This document shows positions 48,921 to 58,569 of a stretch of DNA of 64,000 bases, piece after piece. Under the pieces are notes generated by a model. The model worked only from the letters and a program-made list of their open reading frames with translations. It did no database searches and was not told the origin of the DNA. Source of the DNA: a bacterium (lineage in GTDB: Bacteria > UBA8248); the NCBI GenBank assembly GCA_965213625.1, contig CBDBZU010000004.1, positions 3,104,001-3,168,000 of the forward strand, written 5' to 3'. Made by a program: the position numbers and the translations under genes. Position 1 is the first letter of the stretch; the number at the start of each line of letters is the position of its first letter.

Positions 48921-50171
48921 TTGCATAGCGCGCTGAAAGGCCATTTGAGCCTTGAATCCGGACGCATCGTAGACGACATGGAACACCCTTTCACCTGCCC
49001 CGAAACGGGCGGGAACCTGCAGGGCAGCTACGACGTCGAGTGGATAAAGACGAACGTGGACAGGGACGAAATCGCCCGCAGACCCCGGGGTATCTGGCGC
49101 TGGCGCGAGTTGTTGCCCGTGCGTGATGAGAAGAACGTGGTTTCGCTCGTGGAAGGCGATACTCCCCTCATCCACGCTGAAAGTCTTGGAAACACTCTCG
49201 GATATAATAACCTCTACATACTGGATGAATCGAGAAACCCCACCGGCTCGTTCAAGGACAGGGGCGGATCGGTCACCATCAGCAAGTGCAGGGAGGTGGG
49301 AGTCGACCGCATCGTACTGCCCTCATCCGGTAACGCGGCGGCCTGTTTCAGCGCCTACTGCGCTCGGGGCGGAATTGAGTTCATTGGCTTCGTGCGCGAC
49401 GACAGCTCCGCCGTTCATTGCCTGCAGGTCGGCGCATACGGGGCGTTCACCCTCATTATCGAGGGCGATCAGGGCACGGGCGGGCGCTTCGCGGAGGAGG
49501 TGTCGAAAGAACTCGGCTGTCTGCACGCCACCCTGCCCCGGAACCTCTACAGAATCGAGGGGAAAAAGACGGCGGCGTTCGAGATCGCCGAAAAACTCGG
49601 CTGGCGCGCGCCGGATCGCGTCGTCTGCCCCACGGCGGGCGGCACGATGGCTCTTGCAATGGACCAGGGCTTCCGCGAACTCCTCGCGCTTGGCTGGATA
49701 GACAGGATGCCGGCCATCGACATCGTACAGGTCGATGGCTGCGCGCCCATCGTCAAGGCGCTGCATACGGGCGGGAAGGTGGAGCCCTGGGGCGAGGTGC
49801 GCACGAAATCAGCCGGTCTCACGAGTCCCTCACCCGGCGCCGGCGAACGCGTGGCCGAAGTCGTGCGTCGCTCCGAAGGCCACGGTGTGCTCGTGAACGA
49901 CGCGATGAACCTGGAAGCCGAGTTCCAGATCGCCGGACGCGAGGGTCTTTTCCTGCAACCGGCCTCGGCGGCTTCTGTGGCAAGTCTAATGGAGGACGCC
50001 GAGCGGCCCGAGCGACCGGAAGCCGATGAAGTAATCGTCTGCATCGGCACGGGCACGGGCAAGAACGCGACGGAAGTGGCAAGCGAGGCCCTCGGCAGGC
50101 CGGGCCGCATTCCTCCAGATATAGAGGCCTTCAAACGAGCCCGTTCCTCCTGGCGGGAAAACGTCTCCTGA
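48921..50171 (+). CDS. Threonine synthase-like PLP enzyme
   Basis: IWRWRELLP, L.EGDTPL, NPTGSFKDRG, SSGNAA, YRIEGKKT.AFEI, PTAGG, TGTG.K. Confidence 0.85.
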   Translation: MHSALKGHLSLESGRIVDDMEHPFTCPETGGNLQGSYDVEWIKTNVDRDEIARRPRGIWRWRELLPVRDEKNVVSLVEGDTPLIHAESLGNTLGYNNLYILDESRNPTGSFKDRGGSVTISKCREVGVDRIVLPSSGNAAACFSAYCARGGIEFIGFVRDDSSAVHCLQVGAYGAFTLIIEGDQGTGGRFAEEVSKELGCLHATLPRNLYRIEGKKTAAFEIAEKLGWRAPDRVVCPTAGGTMALAMDQGFRELLALGWIDRMPAIDIVQVDGCAPIVKALHTGGKVEPWGEVRTKSAGLTSPSPGAGERVAEVVRRSEGHGVLVNDAMNLEAEFQIAGREGLFLQPASAASVASLMEDAERPERPEADEVIVCIGTGTGKNATEVASEALGRPGRIPPDIEAFKRARSSWRENVS

Positions 50172-50447
50172 GACGGAAAACATCCCGTCTGGACGTTCGT
50201 ATCTCCTGGCACTCCCCGAGGGATAATCCTTAATTATCCCCCTATTTCCAACCAGCGTTCTTTCCACGCAATATAGTGAACAATATCTCTTTTTACTTCA
50301 CTTTATTCATTATGTTCTACTTCATTATACATGCCATAACTATATATAAATAAACCCATTATTCTTAGTTTTAAAATATTTCTTGAATTTCGTTATATTT
50401 TCGTATATCTTTTTCCTTCATGTCAAATCACATAAGGAGAAAAAACC

Positions 50448-51692
50448 ATGGTGACGGAAAAGACCCTCCACAAACTGGCCATTCTCGGTGGGCAATCCTT
50501 CGACGATAGGGAGGGCCCGCCCGGCATGCGGAAACATCCTATATTTCGGCGCAAATTCTTGGCTTCAGACACGCCGGCGATATTTCCGGTCCCCTTCAAG
50601 GGCGGTCGCATCATGCCCCTTCTCTCCACCATGATGACCAACGCCTGCAGCTACGACTGCCACTACTGCCCCATGCGCGCCTCGCGCAACATGCCCCGCC
50701 ACTCCTTCAGCCCCGAGGAGTTGGCCGACACCTTCATGGCGCTCAAAAAGAGAAACCGCGCCGAGGGGCTTTTCCTCACCAGCGGGATTCCGGGCAGCGG
50801 CGTCACTGGCGTGGACAGGATGATAGCGGCGGCGGAAATCCTGCGATTCAAACATCGTTTTGGCGGCTATATCCACTTGAAAATGCTGCCCGGCGTAGAG
50901 GACTCCCAATTAAACCGCGCCGCACAAATTGCTACGAGGCTTTCGGTGAACTTAGAAGCCGCCACCCAGCAAGGTCTTCACGCCATGGCGCCCGAAAAAA
51001 AACTGGAAACCGACCTGAAACCCGCCCTCCATTACGTGGGGGAGATGGCGCGCGAGTCTTTTTTTGAAAGATCTGGCCTCATCAAAGGAGGCGTGACGAC
51101 ACAGTTCATCGTGGGCGCCAGCGGGGAGAGCGATATGGACGTGCTCACATCCTCCCACTCGCTCCAGAGGAAGGGCATTTTGCGCCACACGCATTTCAGC
51201 GCTTTCAAGCCCGTGGAGGACACGCCGATGGACGGGGTGCCGTCTGTCTCCAAAAAGCGCGAGCACAGGCTTTATCAGGCTGAGCACCTCCTGCGCGAGT
51301 ATGAATTTGGGCTGGATGAGATTCCCGCCGCAGACGGCAATCTGGCGCTCGATGAAGATCCCAAAACGACGTGGGCCAGGAGAAACCTCTCGCAATTCCC
51401 TGTGGAGATCATGACGGCGGACCCCCGTACGCTCATGCGCGTGCCGGGCATTGGCCCCACATGGGCGAAACGCCTGGTCGAGGTACGCAGAAAGGTTCAT
51501 ATCCGCGATTTCAGGGAGCTGACGCGCCTGGGACGCATACGCAAATCGGCGGCGGGCTGGCTCATGCTGCGCGGCAAACGCCTGGGGCCCGAACCCGTGC
51601 TCGCCACGCAGATGAGCCTCGGTCTGCAGCACAGGGGCAAAAGACGCGTGCACCCCTCGATGAGCAACTTGCCCCCCTGTTCTTTTCGCTGA
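50448..51692 (+). CDS. Putative DNA modification/repair radical SAM protein with helix-hairpin-helix domain (TIGR03916-like)
   Basis: TNACSYDCHYC (CxxxCxxC), EGLFLTSG, GYIHLK, RLSVNLE, TQFIVGA, REHRLYQA, DPK..WA, LMRVPGIG. Confidence 0.88.
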   Translation: MVTEKTLHKLAILGGQSFDDREGPPGMRKHPIFRRKFLASDTPAIFPVPFKGGRIMPLLSTMMTNACSYDCHYCPMRASRNMPRHSFSPEELADTFMALKKRNRAEGLFLTSGIPGSGVTGVDRMIAAAEILRFKHRFGGYIHLKMLPGVEDSQLNRAAQIATRLSVNLEAATQQGLHAMAPEKKLETDLKPALHYVGEMARESFFERSGLIKGGVTTQFIVGASGESDMDVLTSSHSLQRKGILRHTHFSAFKPVEDTPMDGVPSVSKKREHRLYQAEHLLREYEFGLDEIPAADGNLALDEDPKTTWARRNLSQFPVEIMTADPRTLMRVPGIGPTWAKRLVEVRRKVHIRDFRELTRLGRIRKSAAGWLMLRGKRLGPEPVLATQMSLGLQHRGKRRVHPSMSNLPPCSFR

Positions 51693-51811
51693 TAAGACGG
51701 CCAAACAGCAAGATGGAATGCGCACGAGCGCTTGACGCGAAAAAGCGATAAGACTACCCTTCCCGTCTCTCGCCATCGCGCCATGCGTGATGCGGGCAGA
51801 CACCGCTTCAT

Positions 51812-51886
51812 GGCCCCTTCGTCTAGCGGTCAGGACACCGGCCTCTCACGCCGGTAACAGGGGTTCGAGTCCCCTAGGGGTCACCA
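51812..51886 (+). tRNA. tRNA-Glu (anticodon CTC)
   Basis: GGCCCCT acceptor stem pairing with AGGGGTC, anticodon arm CCGGC-CTCTCAC-GCCGG, GTTCGAGTC T-loop, encoded CCA; TTGACG promoter element at 51732. Confidence 0.97.
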
Positions 51887-51924
51887 AAAGAAAAACCCTC
51901 AATCAACTCAGACTGAATAGCCCC

Positions 51925-52569
51925 TCAACTCCAGGTGTTCATATGTACGATCTCATCGAGCGGACGCCGCTTGGCGGGCCTGAAATTCGTCCCCTTCGTA
52001 TAGGCCACCGGAATGAGCGCCACCTGCATGAAATCATCCGGCACGCCGAGAAGTTCCGCCGCCTCCTCCTCACATCGCAGATGCAGCGTGGTGTACACCG
52101 AACCCAGTCCCCGCGAGCGAAGCGCCAACTGGAAACTCCACACCGCCGGGATGACGGAACCCATCAGCCCTGCCCACATGAACCTCGGCGGGTTTTGGGG
52201 CAGGAAATTCTGGATGCACGGAATCACGTGCACGGGCGCGCGCTCGATGTTTTCGGCCAGATAGACGGCGGAATCGAACACCCGCTCATCCTGCGCGGCG
52301 CCGCTCTCGCGCGCCTGCTCCAGGCCTTGCGCGAGGTAATCATCCCCTCCCTTACAGTATAACCGCCCAAGTTCACGGCGCATACCCTCATCCGTCACCA
52401 CCAGCCAGCGCCAGCCCTGGCGATTCGAACCCGTGGGCGCCTGAAGGCCGAGTTCAAGGCAATCCATCACAACTTGGGCCGGCACCTCGCGCTCGAAATC
52501 AAGTCGCTTGCGCACCGAGCGCGTCGTGGAGAGAAGTTTATCGGTCATTTCCAGGTCAAAATCGGCCAT
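51925..52569 (-). CDS. Nitroreductase family protein
   Basis: TTRSVRKRLD, QAPTGSNRQGW, PAVWSFQLALRSRGLGS, ALIPVAY. Confidence 0.92.
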   Translation of the reverse strand: MADFDLEMTDKLLSTTRSVRKRLDFEREVPAQVVMDCLELGLQAPTGSNRQGWRWLVVTDEGMRRELGRLYCKGGDDYLAQGLEQARESGAAQDERVFDSAVYLAENIERAPVHVIPCIQNFLPQNPPRFMWAGLMGSVIPAVWSFQLALRSRGLGSVYTTLHLRCEEEAAELLGVPDDFMQVALIPVAYTKGTNFRPAKRRPLDEIVHMNTWS

Positions 52570-52727
52570 GCAGTGCTCCTTTCAGTTGCTTGTCAGTTGG
52601 TTTCAGGTGAGATGGCGCATGTTATCAGAACAACCAAGCGTACGTAACGCGCCGCCACTCCGGTTCCCAAGAGTGGAGGGTTCTCCTATAATCCCCGGAA
52701 AACCCCTTTACCAAGACGAGGAAAATC

Positions 52728-53411
52728 ATGTCGAACCAGGCAAGCGAGATGAGCAAAATCCAGTTACTGAACCCAGATGAGGCGGCGGGCGATACGGCGC
52801 GCTTTTTCGAGGCGACGCGCGAGTTTCTGGGCCGCATCCCCAATTCCGCGCTCGCGATGGCGAACACGCCCTACATCGCGCGGTTTTATCTCCCCTTCAA
52901 CGCCACACTCCAGCGCGAGGGCATGGGCGGGCTTTTGACGTGCAAGATAAAGGAGATCGTGGTTCTCAAGACAAGCTTCGTGAACTCTTGCGCCTACTGA
53001 ATCGCGCACAATACGGCGCTTGGTCAAGCGACGGGAATCACGGAAGCACAAATCGAGGCCATCGCCTCGGACGATTACATGACTTCGCCACTCTTAAGTC
53101 CGCGCGAACGAGCCGCCTGCCTGTGGGCGGAGCACTTTACGAGAAACACCGCGCGCGAGAATCCGGACGTGCTCGAAGAAGTGAAGCGACAATTCACCGA
53201 CGGCGAGATCGTCGAGATGTCCCTCATGAGCGGCAAACAGGGCATGATGAACCGCTTCATGGATTCGTTCGCCATCCCCATCGAAAATGAGGGCGAGGTG
53301 AACAAGATCAAGAAATCCGTGCGCGGAAATCCCGACAAGATGAAGGCCTACCTGCAGTCTTTGATCGACAACTGGCCCGAGGAGTTCCCCGAGCCCAACC
53401 CGGACGAGTAG
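52728..53411 (+). CDS. AhpD/CMD-family selenoprotein (CxxU; TGA 52998-53000 read as Sec)
   Basis: ORFs 52728-53000 and 53079-53411 are in one frame separated by a single TGA; read-through gives KTSFVNSCAY-U-IAHNTALGQATGIT; SECIS-like hairpin follows. Confidence 0.88.
52998..53040 (+). promoter_or_regulatory. Bacterial SECIS element (putative)
   Basis: Upper stem CGCTT/AAGCG with GGTC loop 21 nt after the UGA; TGAATC can pair with GAATCA as a lower stem. Confidence 0.75.
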
Positions 53412-53447
53412 GCGACGAAGACGGGAAGGCCTGTTTTGTCCTGTGAG

Positions 53448-53975
53448 GAAATGCGGACAAATACGGGGAGGTGCGTGGTTCCGAAAAAATTTTTATTTCG
53501 ATAAATATCCGAAATTATTTAATATGCTACTTTAACATACAGCCGCATCATGCTGATATGTAGCCTTATATATATTTATCAGACATCTTAACATTTTCAG
53601 ATATTTATCGATATTTATCTTATTACACAGAAATTCCGGTTTCGCGCGTTTCCCCGCGCTTCGGAAGTCTCCGGTCGCAGCGAAAACCTCGACCAGAGGC
53701 GTGTTGCAAGTGGCGGCCGTCCGGTCCGATCGCCGCGATCCATCTGCCTGGCGTGTCGGCTTCACACGCTCCATCCGCCGCGACGTGATGAAAGCGCCAC
53801 CTGAAATTACCCTCATTTTCACCTCTTCCTCATAAAAATTTTTACATTTGTCTGCCCAGCCACATCGACCCGCTGCGCCCCGAAGTAGGTAGCGTGCGGC
53901 CCGCCAATCTAACGAAAAGCCCGAGTCGCGCGGTGACGCCAAATGCGGGGAATTGCGGGCCAAAAGCGAGTGATG
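53448..53975. repeat. Dispersed AT-rich non-coding element, copy B
   Basis: Collinear with 9308-9905. Confidence 0.75.
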
Positions 53976-54460
53976 AGCGAGTATCGCGATGCCGGTCGGG
54001 CAGGAATAGCGTATCCAGCCAAGAAAGGAGGATATGCACAATCCCTGCGGAAATAGGCCCCTATTACGAACTGCTTACGGACCCGTCGCGGGGTTTTCAT
54101 TCCTCTGAATTTTCGATTTCTTAACGGTTTCTTTATGAAAACTTGACAAATATCGCTGCTGGGCCCATATTTTAATTACCAGTCAAATTAGGACCCAACT
54201 CACCTACATAGCAGCCCTTCTCGGGCAGCCGCCGCAACAAGACGTATTTCTTGCGGGATTGCGCACGAACCGTATGGCAAGCCGCAAGTGGTTTGCGACC
54301 TTCCCGAGCCGTCGATCGGTATGGTCAAGTTGTCGCCGCCTTCGAATGGATGAGATTGCGCCGGGAGGTAGTGCTGCTCTTCTCCTGAGATTCAATCTCC
54401 ATCCAAACCTTGGGCGTCATACTTCTGTTCCGGAGAAGCGCCTGCAAAAGGGGAAGGAAA

Positions 54461-56674
54461 ATGAGCCAAATTAGACTGCGAATCTCGGTTATAGCTCTTC
54501 TAGCGGTTGTAGCTGCCGCCTCCTTCGGTTGTGGCGGAGGATCCGGCTCCGGCTCGGCGGCCAGCGGCGGTTTCATCCCTGCCGTGATACCGGGCAACGA
54601 CTAGCCGACCAGAAGTGGAGGTAGTGACGCCATCCTTGGCACTCCGCCATCGAATGGAGACGGTGGAAACGGAGCCGTCGGTTCGACGCAGAATCCACAA
54701 TCCGCGCAGCAACTGGTTCAAAACGGCAATCAGGGAGAAGACGGGGAAGAGAAACCCGGCAACTCCACAAACTCGACGACCGGCACTGAAAGCGAAAACA
54801 TCGTCATTGACGCTCCACCATCGAATGAAGGCGGGGGAAACGGAGCCGGCAGCCCAACACAGAATTCTAATACCGCACGACAAGGTCTAGGGGAATTTCA
54901 ACTACCTCCGGGGCATGGCATCGAGCCAGGCCTGATTGAAGTGCAGGGGGGTGTATCAGAAGAATTCGGCAATATTATAATCTCGTGCCCTTACACCGAC
55001 GGCTTCTCGAGTTGCTTCATCAATGTCGGGGTGAACGGCGTGGCGACCTACTCTGAAAACGGAACCGCCCCCAACTACAGGCATAGTCCACGCTATGAAT
55101 ACCTGGACATCCCTTTGCCCAGAGCCGTCGACTGGCAACAAGCGCCTGTAATAGACCATGGAGACATAATGCACGTTGGGGCCAATGTCGCGCCTCAAGA
55201 CGGCGTGTTGACCGAAGGAATCGCCCGCAACGGAGTAAGTGTTTCATACGGACAGGTCCGGGACGGCCTCGGGGCGGACAGACTCCTCGAATTTATGAAA
55301 CAGCATATTAGTATTGAAGAAAAGCTCGCCTATTCCGGCGTGAACAACGGCTCGGGTCTCGAAACCTTTCCCGAGCCCCCAACCATCCGTCTCGCTGAGG
55401 GAACCAGCGAGTTATATACAAAGTTTGCGGCGCACGCCGTTCAGTTGATCAACAGCGCCTTACCCATTGATAAGCGCATCACGCTAAGCATGGAGACTCT
55501 GCCGGCAGATGCGTCGAACGATGACATCCCAGAGGGGCAGATTCTTCTCAATTTCTCTAAACTCGCCAATCACACACAGTTGGGTGGTGCTTCAACTATT
55601 ACCAACACAGAATTTAATACCGAAACACAGCGTGATGAAGTCCAACAGACGAGCAAAGCCAGAACCACAATAAACGATGATTTATTTCGATTTGCCTTTG
55701 TGTTTAACCCAACGTCGGATAAGGAAGAACTGGCCGAACGTTGGGAGGGCAAATTATTGGATAGCCGGGTGTCGAATACGGACATGATCATCAAATGGTT
55801 CAACGATGGCATTTTGCTTTCAGTTATTGTTCACGAACTGATGCATACACTCGGATTTTATCATATCGACGACGTGCGATTTTCCGATTCAATTTTACAT
55901 CCGGAAGCAGAATCAAATAATGGCCAAGTACAAGTATATTCACCATACCTGGATGGGGCGGTAATCATGTTGTTCGTTTTCCCAAATGATACGGAGGAAT
56001 CAGGCCAATCCGGATATCTCCCAGCACAACGAAACGAAGGCTACATCATCACACCCAGAGCTAGATCCGTACACGGGCACGTCCTGTATCCCATCGACAG
56101 AGAGGCCCTGCTGGCGGCCTACAACAGACTCGCTCCAGGCACTCAGCCGGAAGAACTGACGGCGGAAAACTTAGGGTCTTGGAGCGACACGTCATTACAT
56201 CTGCGCGGGGATGTGGATGTTCGGGGCGGAGGGGCCTCATTCGGCGTCGCATTGAGAAACGGCTTCGCGCAGCCATGGGCCGCGGGTCCCTCACCGTGGA
56301 CGGACCTCCGGGACAACCGCTTTGTGTCGGGAAGCGCAACCTGGAACGGCGCTCTCCTGGGGGTCGATTTTTCATCGGAAACGATCTCTGGCGACGCTTC
56401 GCTCTCCGTCAATCTGACAAGTCTCACCGGGCGACTCGACTTCACAGGCTTGGAGAAATGGGGAGTGAACGAAGCGCCTGGAGCAGCCGGCAGCGGGACG
56501 ACGTGGGTCGATGGTGATCTGGGATACACGGTCCAGGTTCGCGGCAACACCTTCATCCAGACCGGCGGAGACGACGGCTATGTAACCGGCGCGTTTTTCG
56601 GCCCCGTCCACGAGGCCATGGGCGGCGTGCTCGAACGCGCAGACCTCTCGGCGGGCTTCGGCGGTAAGCGGTAA
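54461..56674 (+). pseudogene. Surface lipoprotein with metzincin motif and TbpB-like C-terminal barrel, interrupted by one in-frame TAG (54602-54604)
   Basis: Lipobox SFGC at codons 21-24; frame open from 54605 into ORF 54941-56674; HELMHTLGFYH; C-terminal GAFFGP.HE.MGGV...GFGGKR. Confidence 0.75.
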
Positions 56675-56719
56675 CGAGAACAACAAACTGAGAGAGGATA
56701 CACGCCGCGCAGCCACAGC

Positions 56720-57754
56720 CTAGAAATACTCCCGCACCTCAACCGTGCGGCCCATGCGCGAGCTCGCGTCCGCGGCGTAGACGACGGCCAGGTTCTCATG
56801 CGCTACGCGGCCGTCGACTTCCGGCGTGCGGCCCTCGCGAACGCAGTCGGCGAAATCCTCGAGCGCGTCGCGGAACATGTCTCCTTCGGGCATGTCGTAT
56901 ACGGTATCTTCGCCCAGCGGGTCCCGGTCCACATGGAGGCGGATGGGTTCCGGCGCCTTCGAAGGGTCGCGCCACTGCTGGCCCGTGATGCGGAAATGTG
57001 CGACGCCCTTCGTGCCATGCACGTTCATGTGAAACGCCCAGGGGCACGCCCAGCCCCCGCCGACGTAGGAGAGCGCGCCGCTCTCATGCTCCAGGATCAT
57101 CATCGAGCTGTCGTCCACGTCCTCGGTCGCATAGGCGCGCTTTAACTTCGCCGTGACGCTCTTTATCGGCCCATGCAGGTAGCGGAAGGTGTCGATATGG
57201 TGGATCGATAGCTGGATAACGACGCCCGTGGGGTTGAGCTCCCGGCTCGATCGCCATTTGTCGGGCGTGAGTTCCAGCCCACGCTCGGTGCAGAAGTTGC
57301 TCTCGCTCATCGAGACGCATCCGATTTCGCCCGCCTCGATTAGCTCCTTCATGCGGCGTGACACCGCCAGGCGGCGCGCGCTATGGCCCACCGCCAGCTT
57401 GACGCCTGCACCCTCCGCCGCATCCACGATGGCCCTTGAATGCTCCAGGCTGTGGGCGATTGGTTTTTCGCAATAGACGTGCTTGCCCGCGGCGGCCAGC
57501 GCCTCGATGTGCTCCTTGTGGTTGTGATTGGGCGTCGTGAGTATGACGGCCTCGATTTCATCGTCATTCAAAAGCGCGTCGAAGCTCTCCGCCTCGCGTG
57601 CGCCGTAGCGCTCCATGAAGGCGGTGCGTTTTTCCGCCGTGCGGCTGAAGCACGAGACGATCCGTATTTTGCCTCCTCGGAGTGCGGCGTCGGCGAGCAC
57701 GTTTGCCCAGCGGCCCAGCCCCATCGAGGCGACGCGCACGGGTTCGAACGACAT
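56720..57754 (-). CDS. Gfo/Idh/MocA family oxidoreductase
   Basis: GLGRWA, TPNHNH, AGKHVYCEKPIA, VGHSARR, IHHID; AAGGAG RBS before ATG 57754. Confidence 0.92.
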   Translation of the reverse strand: MSFEPVRVASMGLGRWANVLADAALRGGKIRIVSCFSRTAEKRTAFMERYGAREAESFDALLNDDEIEAVILTTPNHNHKEHIEALAAAGKHVYCEKPIAHSLEHSRAIVDAAEGAGVKLAVGHSARRLAVSRRMKELIEAGEIGCVSMSESNFCTERGLELTPDKWRSSRELNPTGVVIQLSIHHIDTFRYLHGPIKSVTAKLKRAYATEDVDDSSMMILEHESGALSYVGGGWACPWAFHMNVHGTKGVAHFRITGQQWRDPSKAPEPIRLHVDRDPLGEDTVYDMPEGDMFRDALEDFADCVREGRTPEVDGRVAHENLAVVYAADASSRMGRTVEVREYF

Positions 57755-57806
57755 ATTGTTACTCCTTACAGATGGGGGTCCGGGTGTCGGCTGAATCCGG
57801 TATTCA

Positions 57807-58030
57807 AGGGGTTGTTGAAATCCCTCTTGCGGGTCAGGCCGAACCATTCCCCCTTTGTGGGGTGGTTCACCGTAGGGACAACCCTCCGTGGTTGTCCTTT
57901 TGCAGGATGGTTTGAATCGGGACAGGCACGGAGGCCTGTCCCTACGGGGCGGCGCCTCCCCGGTCGGTTTGATTGCCCTCTCACCTGCATGAAAAGCAAC
58001 CCCCGACAAGTGGGACTTTCAACAACCCCT
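57807..58030. mobile_element. MITE-like element with 14-bp inverted repeats enclosing two REPs
   Basis: AGGGGTTGTTGAAA ... TTTCAACAACCCCT; internal GTAGGGACAACC..GGTTGTCC and GGGACAGGC..GCCTGTCCCTAC. Confidence 0.65.
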
Positions 58031-58079
58031 CATGAGGACAAACGAACCCCAGAAAAACTCCACTCCACTCAAGTCCGCG

Positions 58080-58547
58080 TTAGATGCTCACCTGGAAATT
58101 CGGCAGGCGGACACCACCTCCCGCATCGGCAGACGCCGCGCTCAATTCCTCGAGCGTGGTCTCGCGCAGCGTCTTGTCTATGGCGTCTTCCAGTTTTTTC
58201 CACAAGGCGCGGCTCCAGCACACCGGAATGTTCGGGCACGGCGACGAGGGCGGCTCCTCACCGCAATCGACGGGCTGAATCGTCTCTCCTACCGCGCACA
58301 AAACATCGCGCATGTTGATCCCGGAGGGCGGCAGCGCCAGGATGTAGCCGCCTCCCGGTCCCCTCGTGCTGCTCACCAGAGAGGCCCTGCGCATCTTCAC
58401 GAACAATTGTTCGAGATAATGCTGGCTGATGCCGAGCTTGCCGGCTATCTGGGGCAAAGGAACGGGATGCGTCTGCGAATGCCTGGCCAGCTCAATCATG
58501 GCGAGCACGGCGTATCGTCCCTTGGTCGATATCTTCATCGGCGGCAT
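58080..58547 (-). CDS. Rrf2 family regulator, IscR-like
   Basis: MKISTKGRYAV.AM, YLEQLF, S.RGPGGGY, three C-terminal Cys; start may be 58538. Confidence 0.92.
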   Translation of the reverse strand: MPPMKISTKGRYAVLAMIELARHSQTHPVPLPQIAGKLGISQHYLEQLFVKMRRASLVSSTRGPGGGYILALPPSGINMRDVLCAVGETIQPVDCGEEPPSSPCPNIPVCWSRALWKKLEDAIDKTLRETTLEELSAASADAGGGVRLPNFQVSI

Positions 58548-58569
58548 CCTCTCATCGTCTCTCCAGGCC

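Noticed and set aside
52728-53411. Two separate small genes or a pseudogene
   Set aside because: The TGA sits at the catalytic Cys position and has a SECIS-like hairpin, so a single selenoprotein fits better.
54602-54604. Pyrrolysine codon
   Set aside because: The TAG lies in a low-complexity linker, not a catalytic site, and no pyl genes are in the window; a nonsense mutation is simpler.
51812-56700. Genomic island integrated at tRNA-Glu
   Set aside because: No integrase and no duplicated tRNA 3' end was seen downstream.
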